Shown here piece after piece: positions 28,539 through 32,000 of a stretch of DNA of 32,000 bases (its first letter is position 1; each line of letters starts with the position of its first letter). Origin of the DNA: Corynebacterium amycolatum (GTDB lineage: Bacteria > Actinomycetota > Actinomycetes > Mycobacteriales > Mycobacteriaceae); the NCBI RefSeq assembly GCF_049243625.1, contig NZ_CP046975.1; one strand, 5' to 3'. Position numbers and translations under genes: made by a program. The notes under the pieces are model-generated. The model made no database searches and was not told the origin of the DNA. It saw only the letters and a list, made by a program, of their open reading frames with translations.

Positions 28539-29267
28539 CTTCGTTCTCCAGCCCGTCAGATTTTCCGCCCTCATTAGGCCGCGTGCCCAAAATCTGGCCC
28601 ATTTCCCGCCCGATTTCACCCAGTCCGGTGTCGAACAGATGAGAGCACGCATCGAGGGTGATGGACGGGCGCGCGCGTGCCCCAGCTGCCTATGCACCTG
28701 CATGACATTGGCACTAGAGGCAATGAGCAGTGAGGCAGAGGTGTGAGGAGGTCATGACAGCCTAGTCTCTTAGGAAACGTGTCATCGTCATCCGCGCACG
28801 TGCTCATGGTGGAGGTCCACCAGGAATGTGAACCCGTCGGTAGAGCAGCGGGTCAGTAAACGGGTCGCTGTGGAGGGTGTACCGCACCAGCTCGGCAGGG
28901 TGGCGGCCTGCAACCCGTGGGCGCAGCTGCTCGACAACCTGCGGCGGCATAGAGATGGTGCGCTCTCGCCAGTCTTAGTAGTCTCGCCTATGACCGTGCG
29001 GTCCGTCTCCGAGCGCGTGACCGTCTTGGAATAGACCCCGGCGGTGACAGTTTCGCGCCACGCGTCCAGTTCCGCATTGACTGTCTCCACCGCAGAGTTC
29101 ACCGTGCGGTCTGCTTCGGCCAGCGTCTCGGCGTAGTCGGAGTCTATCTCTGCGCCAAGGGTGGCACGCTGACGTGCCTGCTTACCCTCCACCGCGGTCA
29201 TGCGCCGCTCACGCTCGACTTTCACCTCGTTGTAGGTACCAGTGCGCTCCGTCACAGCGCCTGGCAC
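28528..29267 (-). pseudogene. tyrosine recombinase (phage-type integrase) pseudogene, 5'-truncated and multiply frameshifted
   Basis: Minus-strand translation, read across three frames, gives several integrase-like pieces:
- TTKTGE / RTISMPPQVVEQLRPRVAGRHPAELV...LLYRRV
- TFPKRLGCHDL, then a 1-nt gap where the Arg codon of HDLRHT should be
- HTSASLLIASSANVMQVHRQLGHA, then another frameshift
- TLDACSHLFDTGL...
These correspond to the box II region. The codon expected to be the catalytic Tyr is TGC (Cys). An in-frame stop follows ...GGPPP. The remaining length is far too short for a complete integrase. Confidence 0.7.
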
Positions 29268-29397
29268 GCCGCTTCGGCGCGATCAAAAGTCTCCTTTTTC
29301 CTAGGTCACGTACAGGAAACGCCCGGCGCGAGGGCACTGCTGCATGGGGCGGTGCACAGTCGCGTCGGGCGGGGTGTGTGGATAGGTGGCAGGTGGG

Positions 29398-29771
29398 TTA
29401 TGTGACGAGCTGCCCAACCCGTTGATATGAAATATCGAGCAGCGTGGCTGTATCGCGGTAGGCCAATCCCCGGTCTACGAGGTGGCGGGAGGCGCGAGCA
29501 GTTGCGGCTGCGGCTGCCGCCTTTTCCACGAGGAGGGTACGGTTACGGGCAATAGCTGTGGCGGCCTCCTCCCCGCGGGGAGTGTCCATCTGAATGACTA
29601 TCTCGGCGGTGTCCGGGTCTGTCTCTATCTCCGGGTACAGCTCTAACGCCCGGCGCAACTGTCTTTTTCCTCGACAAGGTTGCGACCCTGGGTGAATAGT
29701 CCTGAAACCTGGGGCACTGCAACAGCCCACCGGTCTCCGGAGCGTTCCACCTTTGCTGTGTATGTAGGCAT
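29398..29771 (-). pseudogene. HicB-like antitoxin / HTH DNA-binding protein gene interrupted by a frameshift in an A5 run
   Basis: From the ATG at 29771, MPTYTAKVERSGDRWAVAVPQVSGLFTQGRNLVEEK... has a HicB-type N-terminal pattern and stops at 29643-29645. A second frame continues ...ALELYPEIETDPDTAEIVIQMD...ARASRHLVDRGLAYRDTATLLDISYQRVGQLVT, which has a C-terminal HTH. Adding one A to the A5 run (T5 at 29664-29668 on the plus strand) joins the two frames into a 125-aa protein. Confidence 0.6.
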
Positions 29772-29798
29772 GTGCCAAGTTTCGTGGGGCAAGCTGCT

Positions 29799-29820
29799 CG
29801 TGTCTAGAGGAGTAGACACG
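29799..29820. promoter_or_regulatory. perfect 8-bp inverted repeat in the divergent intergenic region (operator candidate)
   Basis: CGTGTCTA-GAGGAG-TAGACACG lies 28-49 nt upstream of the HicB-like ATG. A second small inverted repeat, TCGGCT-N6-AGCCGA, follows. Confidence 0.25.
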
Positions 29821-29862
29821 GGCTAGCTCGGCTTGGGGTAGCCGAAAGGTACAGGTCTTTCA

Positions 29863-29891
29863 TTGAGGCAGGAAGTGAACCATTCTATAAG
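29863..29891 (+). promoter_or_regulatory. candidate sigma-70-type promoter for the secreted-protein cassette
   Basis: TTGAGG (29863-29868), a 17-nt spacer, then TATAAG (29886-29891). It lies about 80 nt upstream of the ATG at 29974. This is a pattern match only. Confidence 0.25.
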
Positions 29892-29973
29892 TGACAGTCG
29901 CCCAGCTAATAAAATACCGCGGGGCAGCTTGTCGCCAACGGTTTGGTAAGCGTACTCACGGAAGGCTCCAACC

Positions 29974-30498
29974 ATGCGCACACGCACAATATCCCTACTC
30001 ACAGCGGTGGCAATCAGCGTCGCCAGCCTAGGAACAGCAGCGCCCGCCCAGGCCCAAGTGGACGAGAGTCTTGGGTCTATCGCGATTCCCTATGTCCTAT
30101 CTGATACCCCACTTGACGAGGGCACCACCGCCGTTCGGGCTGTCAAGGAATATGGCCCCTGCACCCTATGGCTGGACTACATCCACCTACGGAAGTCAGG
30201 TAACTGGGGAACCATTGGCTTCAAGCCACACACAAAGTGCAGCGTCCCAGTCACGAGTATCAAACACAGCTCCGACTTGAGGTACAAATACTACACCGCG
30301 TGGAGGCTTGCCCTAAGCGGGGTGCGCGATTCTGCCTACAACACGAATCGTCTAGACCAGAACAACATTGCATTTACATGTAACGGGAAAGTAGATACCC
30401 GCTTCATCGGTGTCACGTTGGGAACTATCGTCTATCGGGGGAAGACCTACTACGCCCGAAGCTACTCCGAGGTCGCCAATCTCCCATGCAGGGTGTAG
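29974..30498 (+). CDS. secreted protein of unknown function (Sec signal peptide, four Cys in the mature part)
   Basis: The signal peptide has a basic n-region (MRTRT), a hydrophobic core (ISLLTAVAISVASLG) and an AQA|Q signal-peptidase I site. There is no lipobox and no twin-arginine motif. The mature part is about 147 aa, looks beta-rich, and has Cys in PCTLW, TKCSV, FTCNG and LPCRV. An RBS (GGAAGG) precedes the ATG. No family was recognised. Confidence 0.6.
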   Translation: MRTRTISLLTAVAISVASLGTAAPAQAQVDESLGSIAIPYVLSDTPLDEGTTAVRAVKEYGPCTLWLDYIHLRKSGNWGTIGFKPHTKCSVPVTSIKHSSDLRYKYYTAWRLALSGVRDSAYNTNRLDQNNIAFTCNGKVDTRFIGVTLGTIVYRGKTYYARSYSEVANLPCRV

Positions 30499-30502
30499 AA
30501 CC

Positions 30503-30922
30503 ATGACTATGAAAGTTGTTGTCTGCGTCGTTTATCCCCGCTATCCGGATAACACGGAACCTCTCGGCGGGTTCGTCGAGTCCGAGGAGACCGCCCGCAA
30601 GATAGACGACTGGTGGCGCGCGCAACCTGGCGACATGATTGGCACCTGGGAAGATTTCGAGGTCGAGGTCAATAGCCGCGACCAGATTCTCTACGGGGTA
30701 TTTAGTGGTACGCCCGCCCACAAAATTGACGAGCCAGACTATTACGACCCCATCTGTCACGGGGTGTACACAGACCGTAAGGTAGCTGAGCGCGAGGCAA
30801 AACCTAAGACGATGTGGGCGGCCAACAACTGCCCTCCGAAGTTTGTGCTTCCGTTCCGCCTGGGCTGGAAGTTTGACCGGTATTTCCCCGATGGAAAGCC
30901 CTGGCCACCAGACCAGCTGTAG
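30503..30922 (+). CDS. 139-aa cytoplasmic protein of unknown function, tandem paralogue 1
   Basis: The start ATG lies 4 nt after the stop of the secreted-protein gene (MTMKVVVCVVYPRYPDNTEPLGGFVESEE...). There is no signal peptide or TM segment. It is the same length as, and collinear with, the next gene. The tracked ORF from 30410 is an over-extension. Confidence 0.7.
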   Translation: MTMKVVVCVVYPRYPDNTEPLGGFVESEETARKIDDWWRAQPGDMIGTWEDFEVEVNSRDQILYGVFSGTPAHKIDEPDYYDPICHGVYTDRKVAEREAKPKTMWAANNCPPKFVLPFRLGWKFDRYFPDGKPWPPDQL

Positions 30923-30945
30923 GCCTCCCGCAGAACGCAAGAATA

Positions 30946-31365
30946 TTGCCTATGAAAATTGTTGTCTGCGTCGTTTATCCCCGCTACCCGGATAACACTG
31001 AACCTCTCGGCGGCTTTGTCGAATCCGAAGAAACTGCCCTCGCGATTGACAACTGGTGGCGCGCGCAACCCGGCGGAATGATGGGCACCTGGGAAGATTT
31101 CGAAGTCGAGGTCGAAAGCCGCGACCAACTCCTTTACGGAGTGTTCACCGGCACCCCCACTCTTGAAATCACCGATAGCAACTTCTGGGACCCCATCTGT
31201 TACGGGGTGTACACCGACCGGGAAGAAGCCGAGAAAGCGACTAAGCCAAAATCAATGTGGGAAGCGAACAACAGTCCCCAGAAATACGTCCTCCCCTTTC
31301 GCCTGGGCTGGAAATATGACCGGTATTTCCCCGATGGAAAGCCCTGGCCGCCAGACCAGTTGTAG
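30946..31365 (+). CDS. 139-aa cytoplasmic protein of unknown function, tandem paralogue 2
   Basis: MPMKIVVCVVYPRYPDNTEPLGGFVESEE... By my manual gap-free alignment, 108 of 139 residues are identical to paralogue 1. Confidence 0.7.
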   Translation: MPMKIVVCVVYPRYPDNTEPLGGFVESEETALAIDNWWRAQPGGMMGTWEDFEVEVESRDQLLYGVFTGTPTLEITDSNFWDPICYGVYTDREEAEKATKPKSMWEANNSPQKYVLPFRLGWKYDRYFPDGKPWPPDQL

Positions 31366-31547
31366 GCCTGCGACAGTCCCGCCTCTTTTGGCGGGAACAC
31401 AAAACGGGGCAGCCGCACAGCGCGTGTGAGTACCATTCTGGGAAACCTCTGTTCGCTCATTCCACTGCGTAGGGCGATCGAACCTGTCGATACAATGACG
31501 CTGCTCGAATCGTAACTTGAATCGTAAGGTGGAAGCAGGGAGGCAAC

Positions 31548-31745
31548 TTGAGCATCTCGATGCATCTGGATGAGTACATGGCGCGTCGTGGCATAGTTCC
31601 CGACGACACTGTGGTCAACGATGATCCCTGCGCAATCTTCGACGGCAAAGTCGAGCGCGACGGTAGGTCGCAGCAGGACCTTGAAGAGTCAGAGCGGCGC
31701 TTAGAAGAAGCGGAGTCCGCAATCTTGGATGCGCTAGGCGATTAA
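31548..31745 (+). CDS. small acidic hypothetical protein (65 aa; doubtful)
   Basis: This is an ORF call only. It has a TTG start at 31548 (an in-frame ATG follows at 31560). GGAGG lies upstream at 31538-31542. The C-terminus is acidic and helical-looking (DLEESERRLEEAESAILDALGD). No family was recognised. Confidence 0.3.
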   Translation: MSISMHLDEYMARRGIVPDDTVVNDDPCAIFDGKVERDGRSQQDLEESERRLEEAESAILDALGD

Positions 31746-32000
31746 TTGGCGAAAACTGAGCGTTCTAGTCGCACATTGACGCTCATTCTGAGTGTGATGT
31801 TCATCACCGATTAGGTGTAAATCGACGCAGTCATCGTGGCTTCATTTTCCGTAGCCGATGCTGCCGCGGGGATGAAGCGCAAGTAGTTTCCCAGCGGGGA
31901 AACACTGTTTCCTACCTGCGGAATTCTTTTGCTTTTGGGGTGCTGGACCCGTTGACCTCGTTGCTATTCCGGACTCCCTACTTTAGGGGGCCAAACTATT

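Larger units (their letters stand above)
30503..31377 (+). repeat. tandem duplication, two units with 443-bp periodicity
   Basis: The unit starting at 30503 recurs at 30946. Similarity extends about 12 nt past both stop codons (TGTAGGCCT...). The 5' and 3' ends are nearly identical at nucleotide level and the middle has diverged. Confidence 0.85.
28501..32000. mobile_element. tRNA-Leu-associated genomic islet / integrative-element remnant (distal boundary not in window)
   Basis: An integrase remnant abuts the tRNA 3' end. Every gene from 28.5 kb onward is non-housekeeping, unrecognisable or disrupted. I found no direct repeat of the tRNA 3' end (attR) within the window. Confidence 0.5.

Noticed and set aside
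31455-31490. GGTTCGATCGCCC (minus strand), resembling a tRNA T-arm and a possible attR
   Set aside because: The flanking bases cannot form a T-stem or an acceptor stem, and there is no match to the tRNA-Leu 3' end (GGGAGTTCGAGTCTCCCCAGGCGCA).
30425-31565. Three minus-strand ORFs (171, 123 and 121 aa) with similar sequences
   Set aside because: They resemble each other only because they are antisense to the tandem plus-strand paralogues. The plus-strand frames have proper starts, equal lengths and conserved termini, so the plus strand is taken as coding.

Overview
The window is a high-GC actinobacterial chromosome segment. Gene order and protein sequences point to Corynebacteriales, most likely a Corynebacterium; this is inferred from synteny and motifs, and no database search was run.

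Bases 1-28,400 are core housekeeping genes:
- a 5'-truncated PPOX-like gene, a TetR regulator, nadE and a sugar-porter MFS
- a stand-alone Cys-less L36 paralogue
- the class Ib ribonucleotide reductase set nrdH-nrdI-nrdE, with deoD and an MFS gene inserted before nrdF
- ctaD, serB, a tandem PTH2-like protein and an acyl-CoA synthetase
- the conserved block dinG-pncB / clpS-DUF2017-S58 peptidase-rhomboid-murI-MBL hydrolase-rph-rdgB
- two small membrane proteins and tRNA-Leu(UAG)

Accessory DNA starts directly after the tRNA (about 28.5-32 kb). It contains:
- a tyrosine-integrase gene with several frameshifts and its catalytic Tyr codon changed to Cys
- a HicB-like HTH gene broken by a 1-nt deletion in an A-run
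- a compact plus-strand cassette that I cannot assign to any known family: a Sec-signal protein with four Cys, then, 4 nt after its stop, two tandem 139-aa cytoplasmic paralogues with conserved ends and a hypervariable central patch

This cassette is the best candidate for an undescribed system. A secreted effector with diversified cognate or immunity partners is a hypothesis only.

Other points worth a second look:
- G10 and G8 homopolymer runs in a purine-rich tract upstream of serB
- candidate NrdR boxes upstream of nrdH
- a 24-bp imperfect palindrome upstream of nrdF

No CRISPR array, rRNA gene or intact IS element was seen. Several very long ORFs in the track are antisense shadows of real genes.
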